The position numbers and the translations under genes were made by a program. A stretch of 64,000 bases of DNA from Spirochaetales bacterium (GTDB lineage Bacteria > Spirochaetota > Spirochaetia > JABEVK01), in assembly GCA_037142615.1 (NCBI GenBank), contig JBAXAI010000006.1, forward strand, positions 85,118 to 149,117. Reading direction: 5' to 3'. A model generated the notes under the pieces. The model made no database searches, was not told the origin of the DNA, and was given only the letters and a program-made list of their open reading frames with translations. Of this stretch, positions 28,626-38,583 are shown piece after piece. How positions within the stretch are numbered: position 1 is the first letter of the stretch; each line of letters opens with the position of its first letter.

Positions 28626-30879
28626 GGGAAAGCTCCTTTGATTTGGGTTTGCGAGGATTGCGCAGGAAGATTAGGCAGGCGGCGGGCAAAATGGTGAGGG
28701 TGAACAAGCCGACAATCATCACGGTGAGAACCATCACGCCGCCCAGGGTCGACACAGGAACCATTTGGCTGAAGGTGAGCGCCAAAAACCCTCCGCCGAG
28801 CGTGAGCGCCGTGAAAAACACCGAGCGACCCGAGGTGGCAAGGGCCGAAACCACGGCGTCTTCGGGGGACAGACCTGCTTGCCGGTCTTCCATATAGCGC
28901 ACGGTGAGGTGGATGGCGTAGTCGCCCACCCCGATGGCCAGAGCCCCAGCGAGGGCCGTGGCCAGGTTGAACGGCAGACCCGCCAAGCCCAGAATGCCGT
29001 ACTGAAGCACAATGGTCGAAATCAGCACGGTGATCGTCACCAGCGCGGCCCGCACGCTTCGGATCATGCTGTCGATCAGGATGACGAGCAGAATGGCCAG
29101 CGTCAGGCTCAAGATGAAGTCGTGCACGATGGTGTCTTCGACGGCCACCTCGGACAAAATGTCACCGGCGAACTGAACCTTGGCGGTGGAGCCCAGGTAG
29201 AAGTCGGTTCGGGCCTGCAACTTGGTGAGCAGCGCCTTGGTTTCGTGGGTTGGCAACCGGGGAGCCACGATGGTGACCACGCCGCGGGTGTAGTCGAGGT
29301 TGGTCAGCGACGTGATGTCGTCCACGCTGCCCGAGGCCTGGTAAACGAGCAGCTCCTGGGCCACCAGCTCGCGGCTTGCAGGCATACCCGCTTCACCCGT
29401 GAGCGTTTCGTGCAACGACCGCACCAGCGTCGCGAGCGAGGTCGAGGCGCCGAGTTGGGGAGCCGTGGTTTTCAGGTCTTCCTGAAAGGCCAGAAGACCT
29501 TTCAGCACTTGCGGATCCTGAAGGTCGCCGCTTACGAGGGCCTTCACCGCCGTGGAACCCCCAAACACTTCATCGACGGCATTCATACCCCGCACCACCG
29601 ACGAATCAGGCTTGAAGAACCCGACCAGCGAGGTGTTGGGCACGATGCGACCGATGCCGAACGCTGCAATGACGAGTGTAGCGACGCCTACCAACAGGAT
29701 CGCCCGAGGGTGGCGGCCGATCCAACGGCCGAGACGGCTCAACTGATGGCTGAGTACGCCGGTGTCTTCCAGCTTGACCCTCACCTTGGGCGCCCCAAGC
29801 ACGTTGAGCAAGCTTGGCACCAGCGTCAACGACGACACCATGGCGGTGAACACGCCCGTGGCGCACAGCACGCCGATTCCGCGCACCATCGCGAGGTCCG
29901 ACAGCAAAAACGTGAGCATCGAGGCCGTGATGGCCAGCCCCGAAACAAACACCCCGAGCCCGGTTTTGCCCAGCACGTTCAGAATGGCCTGACGCTTTTC
30001 GGTGCCCTGCGAAAGCTCGAGGAAGTAACGGCCCAACAAGTGGAGCGTGAACGAACTGCCCACCGCGAGCACGGCCACCGGCGCAATGATGGTGAGGGCG
30101 CCGAACTTGAGGTGGAGCCAACCGTACAGACCGGCACCCCACACCAGGCCGACGACGACCTGGAGCAGTGGCAGCCACATGCCCAGCGGCGAACGGAAGT
30201 TGAACAAAAACATCAGCAGGATGATCACCAGCGCGGTACCGCCAAGCGTCGGCATGTCGATGTGCATGGCGTTGAGCATGTACGATTCCATGGAGGGCAG
30301 TCCGGTGAGGTCGTAGGTACCCGTCCAGCGCTGCTTGACGGCCGCTTCCATGGCCGCAGCGATGGTGGGCAGGTCGACGGCGTCTTCAAACTCGACGACG
30401 ACGTTGGTCGAACTGCCATCGGCGGCTGCGAGCATGCCCGACTTGGTGGCGTAGTTGGTTGCCAGGTATTGGCGCAACGCCGCGATGTCGGTGCCCGAGG
30501 GATTGTCGCTTTCGACCATGTCGCTGCTCACCAGCAGGCCGTCAGTTTCGACCATTTTCTTGGTGTTGCTGAGCGAGGTGACCTTTTTGACACCGGTGAC
30601 CCCCTCGAGCGCCGCGGTGAGGGCTCTGACTTCGGTCAGGTGCCCCGGGGTAAACACGTCGGGGGCGCGCAGAACGAACACTTCGGTCCGGCCCGAGTTG
30701 AACTCGCGGCTGATTTGATCGTTCAGCTGCACGATGGCGTTGTTGTCAGGATTCAGCGCGTCGGCTGAGGCGTCCTGTACGATGTGCGTGGCTCCAACAG
30801 CCATGAACACGGTCAAGACGGCGAAGGCGGCGATAATCCACCAACTGCGGTCGAGCATTCCTTTCCAAAAAGTCTTCAA
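28618..30879 (-). CDS. MMPL/RND-family efflux transporter
   Basis: Two repeats of a periplasmic domain plus TM bundle, AIGVGDYAIH, GRSVFFTALT..GGF. TTG 30879 follows GAGGAGG (ORF track start 30897). Confidence 0.9.
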   Translation of the reverse strand: MKTFWKGMLDRSWWIIAAFAVLTVFMAVGATHIVQDASADALNPDNNAIVQLNDQISREFNSGRTEVFVLRAPDVFTPGHLTEVRALTAALEGVTGVKKVTSLSNTKKMVETDGLLVSSDMVESDNPSGTDIAALRQYLATNYATKSGMLAAADGSSTNVVVEFEDAVDLPTIAAAMEAAVKQRWTGTYDLTGLPSMESYMLNAMHIDMPTLGGTALVIILLMFLFNFRSPLGMWLPLLQVVVGLVWGAGLYGWLHLKFGALTIIAPVAVLAVGSSFTLHLLGRYFLELSQGTEKRQAILNVLGKTGLGVFVSGLAITASMLTFLLSDLAMVRGIGVLCATGVFTAMVSSLTLVPSLLNVLGAPKVRVKLEDTGVLSHQLSRLGRWIGRHPRAILLVGVATLVIAAFGIGRIVPNTSLVGFFKPDSSVVRGMNAVDEVFGGSTAVKALVSGDLQDPQVLKGLLAFQEDLKTTAPQLGASTSLATLVRSLHETLTGEAGMPASRELVAQELLVYQASGSVDDITSLTNLDYTRGVVTIVAPRLPTHETKALLTKLQARTDFYLGSTAKVQFAGDILSEVAVEDTIVHDFILSLTLAILLVILIDSMIRSVRAALVTITVLISTIVLQYGILGLAGLPFNLATALAGALAIGVGDYAIHLTVRYMEDRQAGLSPEDAVVSALATSGRSVFFTALTLGGGFLALTFSQMVPVSTLGGVMVLTVMIVGLFTLTILPAACLIFLRNPRKPKSKELSHA

Positions 30880-30901
30880 ACTTACCTCCTCAAACATTCA
30901 G

Positions 30902-30918
30902 TTCAACCACTTGGTTGA
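30902..30918. promoter_or_regulatory. TetR operator copy upstream of the MMPL gene
   Basis: TTCAACCACTTGGTTGA, a near-copy of the palindrome at 31587-31608. Confidence 0.7.
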
Positions 30919-30943
30919 CTCGAAGACAAAAAAAGAGACCCTC

Positions 30944-31585
30944 TCAGCGCAGGGTCACATCCACAAGACTCTTGGCCAGACCGACCTGTCGGTCCAGCAC
31001 CTGGGCCCAACGTTCGGGCTGCACATCGAGAAGAATCTGCAGGATGGGGCCGCCCAAAGTGGGGAACACCAGCAGCGAAATGACTCCCGTGAGCAGCACC
31101 TCGAGCCGGTCGCCCACTTCGGAAGCTGCCGGTGTGACGCCCTCGGGCTCCCGCGCCAGTTCCAGCAGGTGGGCAGGAACGGCGAACACGCGCAGTTCCT
31201 GCAGCAGGGTCCGGATGAGGGCGGGATTTCGGTTCACTTCGTTGATCAGAAACATGGGCATCTGCGGGAACTTGCGCAGGAACTGGGCCCGGTCGTCGAT
31301 CCAAAACTTGAGCACCTCGCGCAGCGACTGTCCCGCCACAGGCCCAGGTTGCCGGACCGACAAACCCTCGGCCGGACGGAGCAAGGCCTGCATTTCCTCG
31401 CGGAAGATGAGCAGGAAGAGGGTGTCTTTGCTGCGGTAGTAGTAGTGCAGCTGGGCCTTGTTGAACCCGGCGCGGTCGGCGATGGCCTGCATGGTAGCGC
31501 CGTCGTAGCCCTTGGCGACAAACACTTCTCTGGCAGCCTCTTTGATTTTGAGCGCGGAGGTTTCTTCGAGCACTTTCCCTTTCAT
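30944..31585 (-). CDS. TetR/AcrR-family transcriptional regulator
   Basis: IKEAAREVFVAKGYDGATMQAIADRAGFNKAQLHYYYRSKDTLF. Confidence 0.92.
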   Translation of the reverse strand: MKGKVLEETSALKIKEAAREVFVAKGYDGATMQAIADRAGFNKAQLHYYYRSKDTLFLLIFREEMQALLRPAEGLSVRQPGPVAGQSLREVLKFWIDDRAQFLRKFPQMPMFLINEVNRNPALIRTLLQELRVFAVPAHLLELAREPEGVTPAASEVGDRLEVLLTGVISLLVFPTLGGPILQILLDVQPERWAQVLDRQVGLAKSLVDVTLR

Positions 31586-31586
31586 C

Positions 31587-31621
31587 GGTTCAACCATATG
31601 GTTGAACCAAAAGATTGTCAA
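31587..31621 (-). promoter_or_regulatory. tetR promoter with perfect 22-bp operator palindrome
   Basis: GGTTCAACCATATGGTTGAACC (31587-31608) overlapping minus-strand TTGACA-N17-TATGGT. Confidence 0.8.
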
Positions 31622-31687
31622 GCACTCGTGAGAAGCTCGGCCCATGGCTGAACTTCCCGTGACCCGTCTTTGTAAACGGCTTCACTC

Positions 31688-31781
31688 CGGCTGGAGCCGT
31701 GCCGAGATTCCGTTTGCCGTCGCGGTCAATTTGCTGCTGTTCGGGCTGGTCGGCGTGTTCGACGTGGCCGGCACACTCCTA
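31688..31781 (+). pseudogene. Possible remnant of an MFS transporter gene
   Basis: Translates GWSRAEIPFAVAVNLLLFGL-VGVFDVAGTLL, resembling two non-adjacent MFS segments joined together. Confidence 0.35.
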
Positions 31782-32756
31782 AGGTCGCGCTTCGGTGGTC
31801 GTGATCCTCTGGCTGATCTGCGTGCCGGCTTTTCCCGCGATGGCGTCGAGCATGCGGTCGAGGGTCGTGATGATGGCCGTTCCCTCGGGGTGGGCTCCCG
31901 TGTACTTCACAGTGGCCATGACCTTTTCGAGCATGCTGCCCTTGGCGAAGTAGCCGTTGTCGCAGCGTTCCTTGGCCTCGGTGTAGGTCAATTTGGCCAA
32001 GCGCCTCTCGGTAGGTTTTCCAAAGTCGAGGGCGATGCCGTCGCCTCCAGCCGTGGGAATCACAAGGTAGTCGGCGCGCAACAGGGTGGCCAGCAGCGCA
32101 GAGGTGAGGTCTTTGTCGATCACGCCCTCGATTCCGTTGAGGATGTTGCCCTCGCGGACCACAGGCACCCCGCCTCCCCCACACGCGATCACCAGATAGC
32201 CGTCTTCCGAGAGCTTCTGGATCTGCCGTAGCTCGACCAGTTCGAGCGGCGCCGGCGAGGGCACACAACGGCGCCAGCCCCGTCCGGAGTCTTCCATGAC
32301 CGTCCAGCCCATTTCTTGGGCCAGGTGCTCGGCAGCCTCTTTGTCGTAGAACGAGCCGATAGGCTTGGAAGGGTTGGCAAACGCAGCATCGTCTTTGCTG
32401 ACAACGGTTTGTGTGATCACGGTGGCCACGGGAATGTCGAGCCCTTCCATCGCGAACGCCTCGTGGAAGGCCTTCTGGAACATGTAGCCGAGCGTACCTT
32501 GGGTGTTGGCAATGGCGTAGTCCATGGGCACCGGCGCCAACTCCTTGGCGGCCAGTTCGGAGCGGCGCAGAGCGAAGCCCACCTGCGGGCCATTACCGTG
32601 GGTGAGCACGACCCGCCAACCTTCCTTGACCAGTTTGACCACCGAGGCGGCGGTTTGTTCGGCGGCCTCGAATTGGTCGGCGATCGAGGCCTTCTTGGGG
32701 TCCTTGATGAGGGCGTTTCCTCCGACGGCGATGACGACGAGTTTGGTGTTGGCCAT
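31779..32756 (-). CDS. arcC: Carbamate kinase
   Basis: VIAVGGNAL, THGNGPQVG, TQG.LGY, NPSKPIG.FY, GWRR.VPSP.P, GGGGVPV, GVIDKD, FAKGSM..KV. Confidence 0.95.
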   Translation of the reverse strand: MANTKLVVIAVGGNALIKDPKKASIADQFEAAEQTAASVVKLVKEGWRVVLTHGNGPQVGFALRRSELAAKELAPVPMDYAIANTQGTLGYMFQKAFHEAFAMEGLDIPVATVITQTVVSKDDAAFANPSKPIGSFYDKEAAEHLAQEMGWTVMEDSGRGWRRCVPSPAPLELVELRQIQKLSEDGYLVIACGGGGVPVVREGNILNGIEGVIDKDLTSALLATLLRADYLVIPTAGGDGIALDFGKPTERRLAKLTYTEAKERCDNGYFAKGSMLEKVMATVKYTGAHPEGTAIITTLDRMLDAIAGKAGTQISQRITTTEARP

Positions 32757-32757
32757 G

Positions 32758-34170
32758 TCATTGAACTCCTTTGAGAGCAAGAGCCTCGAGGGCCTGAACA
32801 AAGCAGGCCAACGGGGCATTGGTGATACCGGCACCGATTTGTCCGATGCCGGCCTGCTGGTGCGCGATGCCGGTGTTGATCACTGGCAAAATGGACGTGT
32901 CGACCACCTTGCGGGCGTCAATACCGGCTGGACAACCCCCGAAGTCGAGCGGCGGCAGGGTGAAGGCCGCGTTCTGTCCCAGGGTGATGTGGAGCATGCG
33001 TCGGGTGTTGGCGATAGCGTCGGCCGGGGTTCCCCCGACAAACTGCACGATGGCAGGCGAGGCGGCCATCGAAAAGCCGCCCAACCCGGCGGTCTCGGTG
33101 ATGGCGCTATCGCCCAGGTCGCGTGCCGCGTCGTCGCGGCTGTAGCCCGAAAAGTACAAGCCCTCGATGAAGTTGGCCGGTGCTGTGAACCACTGGCCCG
33201 GAAGACCCGACAACTGAATGCCGAAATCGACCCCGTTGCGCGCCATCACCGTCACCAGCGTGGAGTTCTTGACGCCCTCTGCGGCTTGCAACATGCCCTT
33301 GCACGCGGCCATCGACAGGTTGAGGAAGAAGTGGTCGTTGGAGGCCACAAAGGCCAAGGTCTCGCGCACCTTCTGCAGGTCGAGCGACGGAAGCTCACCC
33401 AGAGCGGCCAAGGTCAGCTTTTTGAAGAACAGAGCGCTGGCCGCGGCGTTGCGGTTGTGCACCTCGTCGCCCATGTGGAGCGCCTGCGCCATCAGGGGCT
33501 TGAGCGCTACCGGCCCCAGGCTTGCCAGGATAACCTTCAGGGTCGGGGCCAGCACGTCGCGCATCCACACCAAGCGCTCGAGCACTTCGGGCGAGTTGGC
33601 CCCGAAGCGCAGCACTTTGCCCAAGCCTTCGTTCAGGTTGCAGTACGATCGGTGGCCGTTGGTCGTGTTTTCGACGATCCACACCGGCATCGAGGGGCTG
33701 ATGACTCCGGCCATAGGGCCGACGGCGTTGTGGTGGTTGCAGGCATCGAGATTCACCCCGCCGCCGACCACCAGCGCCTCGGCCTCGCCCAGCGTTTTGG
33801 CCCAGCCTTCGTACAAAATGGCTCCGAGCACCGCTCCCTTTTGAGGGCCACACATGGCACTCCACGAAATGGGGGGTCCCGAATGCAGCAAGGTTCGGGC
33901 ACCAAAACCCGGGAGTTCGTCGCGCGCCACTCCGAGCCCCACCAGCACCGGCTGGGCGCTCAGATAGCGCTCGTAGGCCGTCTGGTTGGCGGCATTTACT
34001 TGGGGATGGTTGATCAGCTCAGCCAGCGCCATTCCAGCCTGACTATTGCCTTCAGCCGGGGGTCGCCACTCGAGGTCGAGGGCCGTTCCTCCGTGGGCGC
34101 GGATCGGCTCACTGAACGACTTCAGCCCGATATTGATCACCCGGATTTCACTCGACAGCAGGGGATTCAT
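32758..34170 (-). CDS. ylbE: DUF1116 protein (YlbE/AllG/YahG-like carbamoyltransferase subunit)
   Basis: WRPPAEG N-terminal segment, LLHSGPPI, AVGPMAG, NEGLGKVLRFGAN, MGDEVHNRN, FFLNLSMA, DLGDSAITET.G.GG, INTGIAH. Confidence 0.9.
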   Translation of the reverse strand: MNPLLSSEIRVINIGLKSFSEPIRAHGGTALDLEWRPPAEGNSQAGMALAELINHPQVNAANQTAYERYLSAQPVLVGLGVARDELPGFGARTLLHSGPPISWSAMCGPQKGAVLGAILYEGWAKTLGEAEALVVGGGVNLDACNHHNAVGPMAGVISPSMPVWIVENTTNGHRSYCNLNEGLGKVLRFGANSPEVLERLVWMRDVLAPTLKVILASLGPVALKPLMAQALHMGDEVHNRNAAASALFFKKLTLAALGELPSLDLQKVRETLAFVASNDHFFLNLSMAACKGMLQAAEGVKNSTLVTVMARNGVDFGIQLSGLPGQWFTAPANFIEGLYFSGYSRDDAARDLGDSAITETAGLGGFSMAASPAIVQFVGGTPADAIANTRRMLHITLGQNAAFTLPPLDFGGCPAGIDARKVVDTSILPVINTGIAHQQAGIGQIGAGITNAPLACFVQALEALALKGVQ

Positions 34171-35708
34171 GCTTGGCTCCCGGCGACGAGTTGTCGCACC
34201 AGTTCGGCGGCGTGGGCATTGCTCTCGGCAACGAAAACCCCGGCGCCGCTTAAAGCCGCCCGCTGTTGGGCCAGGTTCTGGGGGTCCTTGTCGGTGCCGC
34301 AGACAAAGCCCACAAACTCCAGCTTGCGACCTTCGGCTTGGGCAACCGCCCGTGAGCGGGCGATCACCTCGACGAGGCCCGCCGCCGGGTTCTCATGCGC
34401 TCCGTAGCCGAGCACGAGGTCCAAGAGAATCAGCCCGGTCTGGGGGTCTTTTGCCTCTTGCAGCAGGCGATCGTTGCGGGTGGAAGGATCGATCATCGGG
34501 TGGGGTTTTCCGCGGGTAAAGTCGTCATCGCCCAGGTCAATCAGGGTATGACCCTGGCTCTTCCACAGGTCAGGAAGTTTTTGCACGCCTTTGGTCGGGG
34601 TATTGGAAAATACCTCACCCAGAAAAGGCTGCAGCAAAATCTGGGCCTCGTAACAGAACGTGCCGCCAGTGAAAAGTCCCCGGACAAAGCCCGCGGCGTG
34701 GCGGCCTTCGAGCAGGGCACGGTCGCTATCGCCGCGTTCGGGGCCCGCCTTTGTTCGCTGGCCCGTCAAGAGACCGACAGCCAGCACGGCAGCCTGTTCC
34801 AGCGTCGGGGCAAAGGTCAGCTTGCCCCGAGCGGGTCTGATTTCGTCGCCGAGAAAGCAAATCACGATGGGCTTGGTGACTTTCTGCGCCTCTTCCAGAA
34901 TTCTGGCAGCAACCGACTCGGCCGGCGGCTTGGAAAGCAACACAATGACCTTTGTCTTTTCGTCGGCGGCGAAGAGCCCAAGGGCAGACAGCATCGTGAT
35001 GCCCCCGACTTCCTGGCTCAAGTCGTGCCCGCCGGTGCCAATGGCGTGCGAAATACCTTGCCCCAAGGAATCGATCAGGCAGGTCACCTGCTGGATGCCC
35101 GTGCCCGACGCCCCCACGACGCCGATGGCCCCGGGGGTCACCACATTGGCAAACGCCAGCGGAACCCCACCCAAGATGCTGGTACCGCAGTCGGGGCCCA
35201 TCACCAGCAAATCATGGTCGCGGGCGTAGGTCTTGAGCTTCACTTCTTGCCAACCCGGCACATTGTCGCTGAACATCATGACGTTGAGGCCCTGCTTGAG
35301 GGCCTTGAGCGCTTCGGCACCGGCAAACTCCCCGGGCGTCGAAATAAGCACCACGTTGCCAAGCGGGTCTTGTGCCAGCGCCATCGCGATCGAGCGGGGG
35401 GGCTCGGTCTTGGCCGAAGAGTCACCGACGCCCTTCTTCTCGTCGAGGGCCTGCTGGGCAAACTCCAAAGCCGCCTGACCCTGGGCTACCGAGTTTGCCT
35501 GCACCACCACGAGCAGGTCGTTGGGTCTGGCTGCCAGCGGTTGGCTCAGCAACCCGGTGTTGAGCAGCAGGTCGAGGTTGGCGGCGGTGGCCATCTGCAC
35601 CGAGGCAGATACCACGCCGTCCTGGGCGGTCAACTTGGCCGACAATTGCATCAGGGCCACCGAGTCGCGGTAGTACCCCGGCAGGAACTGCTGAACCCTC
35701 TCCATCAC
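34167..35708 (-). CDS. fdrA: FdrA (AllF/YahF-like, succinyl-CoA-ligase-like fold)
   Basis: [78 protein letters not shown]. Confidence 0.92.
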   Translation of the reverse strand: MMERVQQFLPGYYRDSVALMQLSAKLTAQDGVVSASVQMATAANLDLLLNTGLLSQPLAARPNDLLVVVQANSVAQGQAALEFAQQALDEKKGVGDSSAKTEPPRSIAMALAQDPLGNVVLISTPGEFAGAEALKALKQGLNVMMFSDNVPGWQEVKLKTYARDHDLLVMGPDCGTSILGGVPLAFANVVTPGAIGVVGASGTGIQQVTCLIDSLGQGISHAIGTGGHDLSQEVGGITMLSALGLFAADEKTKVIVLLSKPPAESVAARILEEAQKVTKPIVICFLGDEIRPARGKLTFAPTLEQAAVLAVGLLTGQRTKAGPERGDSDRALLEGRHAAGFVRGLFTGGTFCYEAQILLQPFLGEVFSNTPTKGVQKLPDLWKSQGHTLIDLGDDDFTRGKPHPMIDPSTRNDRLLQEAKDPQTGLILLDLVLGYGAHENPAAGLVEVIARSRAVAQAEGRKLEFVGFVCGTDKDPQNLAQQRAALSGAGVFVAESNAHAAELVRQLVAGSQA

Positions 35709-36370
35709 GCCAAGGCTTCAATGATTCGCTGCGAAGGGGTGACCCAGCCGAAGATTCCGCCCTGGGCCTTGATCATCTCGAGGGCCAGCCGGTTGAACTC
35801 GGGAAAGTACGACGCCACGGCGTCGGAAGCGACCACGCACTCGTAGCCCCGATCGTTGGCTTCGCGCACGGTGGTCGTGACGCACACCTCGGTGGTGACG
35901 CCGCAGCAGATCAGGGTCTTGATGCCGTAGTTGCGCAGAATCAGGTCGAGGTCGGTGGCGTGGAACGACCCCTTGCCGGGCTTGTCGATCACCGGCTCGC
36001 CGGGCAGGGGCTGAAGCTCGGGGATGATGCCGTGGCCTTTTTCGCCCCGGATCAGGATGCGGCCCATGGGCCCGACGTCGCCAATGCCGGTCTTGAGGTT
36101 GCCCCGGGCTTTTTTGGTGGGCGGACAGTCCGACATTGTCGGGTCGTGGCCCTCACGGGTGTGGAGCACCCGAATTCCTGCCTTCCGGGCGGCCGTGAGC
36201 AGGGCTTGGCAGGGTCCTATCGCTGCCCGGAGCAGGGTCACGTTGTTGCCCAGCAGGGTGCCAAACCCCCCTTCTTCCACAAAGTCCCGCTGCATGTCGA
36301 TCACGACCAGGGCTGTCGTTTTAGGGTCAAACTCGAGGTTGTACGGCTCGGCGACGATCTCTTTTTTCAT
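35705..36370 (-). CDS. trtA: Triuret hydrolase (isochorismatase-like cysteine hydrolase)
   Basis: [43 protein letters not shown]. These are TrtA-type residues rather than BiuH-type (GGYVD.MGY, TTDVC, GATD, GGVF). Confidence 0.82.
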   Translation of the reverse strand: MKKEIVAEPYNLEFDPKTTALVVIDMQRDFVEEGGFGTLLGNNVTLLRAAIGPCQALLTAARKAGIRVLHTREGHDPTMSDCPPTKKARGNLKTGIGDVGPMGRILIRGEKGHGIIPELQPLPGEPVIDKPGKGSFHATDLDLILRNYGIKTLICCGVTTEVCVTTTVREANDRGYECVVASDAVASYFPEFNRLALEMIKAQGGIFGWVTPSQRIIEALA

Positions 36371-36756
36371 TGGGGTGTTCCTTTCTTGCTCTGCATGTAC
36401 TTGCGCCAGTCGCCAAAGTGCGAAATATCGACGTGTTCGGGTCGGATCTTGTCTTTCGGGAACAGAATACCATCCACGACACGCCCGTCTTCCAGTTCTA
36501 CCGGTCCGTCGTACAGGTGAGGGGGCTCCCCGGCCTGAACCCGGTTCCAGACGTCGTCGGGAAGCCGGTAGAGCTCCCCGGCGACAGCGACGCCGCCCTG
36601 CTGCACTTCGTACATGCCAGGGTGAACGTCGCCGATGCTGAAGACCCGGTATCTGGGCTTGGTGTAAAACTCACCCAGAAACTCCGCGCCGGCGAGGTTC
36701 TTGTGCAGGGCCAATCCCCGCATCAAGGTCCCGTTGACAAAGAGGGTCTTCGGCAT
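36367..36756 (-). CDS. Stand-alone GGCT/AIG2-fold protein resembling the allophanate hydrolase C-terminal domain
   Basis: [20 protein letters not shown]...[30 protein letters not shown]. Confidence 0.8.
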   Translation of the reverse strand: MPKTLFVNGTLMRGLALHKNLAGAEFLGEFYTKPRYRVFSIGDVHPGMYEVQQGGVAVAGELYRLPDDVWNRVQAGEPPHLYDGPVELEDGRVVDGILFPKDKIRPEHVDISHFGDWRKYMQSKKGTPQ

Positions 36757-36759
36757 GGT

Positions 36760-38352
36760 TCAGTCGTCCGCTGCTTCGCTGACGGGCTTCCAACTGATGG
36801 CATGACCGTCTTTCTTTTCCTGGTACATAAAGTAGACAAACACCAGAGCGGCCAGAAGGTAGCCGAACGAGACTGTCGGCGAGGCATTGAAGGCCAACTG
36901 GCTTCCGTGGATGAACCCGAAGAACGACAGGACGACGGCGATGCCCGCGTAGACGGCGGCCCAGTTGAAGCGTTTTTCGATGACGAACACACCGATGGCT
37001 CCCAGCACCAAACCAGCCAAGATGCCACCACCACCGGTCACCGAGATGCCGTTGTAGTACACGGCCGCGTTCGAGGCCATGGCCGAGGCGAGCTCGGGGC
37101 TCACGCCCTTGCCGGTGGCCACACTCACCACGTTGTTGATCTGGGTATGCAGCCAGTCAGCAATGTTGGGAACCAAGGCCAGGATGATCGCTGGCGCATG
37201 GCGCCGGGGAGTCGCTTGAAAGGCCTGCGCCCCGATGATCAAACCAATGAACAGCAGAATCGGCAAAATCGCCACCAGCGGGATCACCGAAAGCAGCAAG
37301 GCCGTCAGCCCAAGCATACACACCAGACCGATGGCGATGCCGGTGGCCAGCGAGTAGCCGATGCGTCCGCCGATGGCCTTCCAGCCAGGGTGGCCGATGT
37401 AAACGGCGGGAGGGAACGGGGAACCAGCGAAGGCGCCCAGAACAGCACCCGAACCGTCGGCCAGCAACACGGCGCGGAGGTTGTATTCATCCCCAGCGGT
37501 GGCGGCCGATTCCACGTTGTTCATGGCCTCGGTAAAGTTGTAAATGCCCAGCGGGATGGCGGTGACCAGCAGCGGCCACACTTGGTCCATCGAAAGCGAG
37601 AACACATCGAGGCTGAACATCGGGATGCGGAACCCAAACTGCCGGAACGAATCGCCCACGGCGGCCGGATGCATGTACTCCGAATAGCCCGGTAGCCCCA
37701 GAAGCACGGCTCCCCAAGCCAAAATCGCCCCCACGACGACGACCGCGAGGCCGCCCGGAATGCCAAATGGCAGGCGAACGTTTCCCATCCACGAAATCAT
37801 GATAATCATGAAACAGATCAGGCCGATCCAGGCCACGTCGAACATCTGGAAGGCGGGAGCCATCGAGATGAAGGTGATCGAGATACCGGCCAGGGTGCCC
37901 AACATGGCGGCCTTTGGCGTGAACTTGCGGATGATGGGCCCCACCAGCGCACCGGCCATGACAATCAGACCGATGATGAGCGCCCACACCAAACCGAGAA
38001 CCCACGCCATCACCGGATTACCGGTGGTCAAATAGGTCGGCAGCATGACGGCAAACACAACGATGAACATGTGCGGCACCGAGGGGCCGTACGGCAAAGC
38101 TGCAACCGTGTCACGCTTTTCCTTCTTGGCCTTTTGGAACGCGAGGTAGGCGTAAAAAATGTTGCCCAGCATAAGCGCCAGGCCCAAGGCAGGAAGGATG
38201 CGCCCGTAGACGGTGGCCTCCGGGATCTTGATGACGAACAGGGAAAGGCTCGTCAGGACAATGGTGTTCAAGAGGACGTTGGTAAACAGGCCGAAAAAGC
38301 CGTTTAAGTCACCCAGGACCCACAGTTTCGGTTTGGTCAGATCTTGTGCCAT
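36760..38352 (-). CDS. Nucleobase/ureide permease (NCS2-like)
   Basis: WV.GD.NGFFG, ALPYGPSVPH, AMLGTLAGI, NVESA..AGD, PAVYIGHPGWK..GGR.GY, FFGFIH, about 12-14 TM segments. Confidence 0.85.
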   Translation of the reverse strand: MAQDLTKPKLWVLGDLNGFFGLFTNVLLNTIVLTSLSLFVIKIPEATVYGRILPALGLALMLGNIFYAYLAFQKAKKEKRDTVAALPYGPSVPHMFIVVFAVMLPTYLTTGNPVMAWVLGLVWALIIGLIVMAGALVGPIIRKFTPKAAMLGTLAGISITFISMAPAFQMFDVAWIGLICFMIIMISWMGNVRLPFGIPGGLAVVVVGAILAWGAVLLGLPGYSEYMHPAAVGDSFRQFGFRIPMFSLDVFSLSMDQVWPLLVTAIPLGIYNFTEAMNNVESAATAGDEYNLRAVLLADGSGAVLGAFAGSPFPPAVYIGHPGWKAIGGRIGYSLATGIAIGLVCMLGLTALLLSVIPLVAILPILLFIGLIIGAQAFQATPRRHAPAIILALVPNIADWLHTQINNVVSVATGKGVSPELASAMASNAAVYYNGISVTGGGGILAGLVLGAIGVFVIEKRFNWAAVYAGIAVVLSFFGFIHGSQLAFNASPTVSFGYLLAALVFVYFMYQEKKDGHAISWKPVSEAADD

Positions 38353-38398
38353 GCGAAACTCCTCTATGCGATTCATGTGCTTGCCCAGCTACGCCAGG

Positions 38399-38443
38399 AT
38401 TGTATACAATTGCTAGCGTAATCCCGGTTTTCTGCTTTGTCAA
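38399..38443 (-). promoter_or_regulatory. Promoter of the triuret operon with GntR/FadR-type operator
   Basis: Palindrome ATTGTATACAAT (38399-38410) just downstream of minus-strand TTGACA-N17-TACGCT. A related TTGTATAC-TGATATAC lies at 38531-38546 in front of gntR. Confidence 0.75.
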
Positions 38444-38583
38444 TATCTTCTTGATTCTTTAGTATTATGTTGTTATATAATACTTTAAGTATCTATCTGC
38501 GAAATTTGAGTTCCGTTCGAACAAGATTCTTTGTATACTGATATACTGAGAACGAGCCCCGGAAGGCGGGAGGAGACCGACAA

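Noticed and set aside
35705-36370. Biuret hydrolase (BiuH) or generic isochorismatase call
   Set aside because: The diagnostic residues (GGFG..LGN, TTEVC, ASYF, GGI) follow TrtA rather than BiuH
38376-38583. AT-rich spacer as a riboswitch (e.g. guanidine) or foreign DNA
   Set aside because: No recognisable aptamer motif, and the leader implied by the promoter is only about 55 nt. It is explained by divergent promoters and GntR operators.
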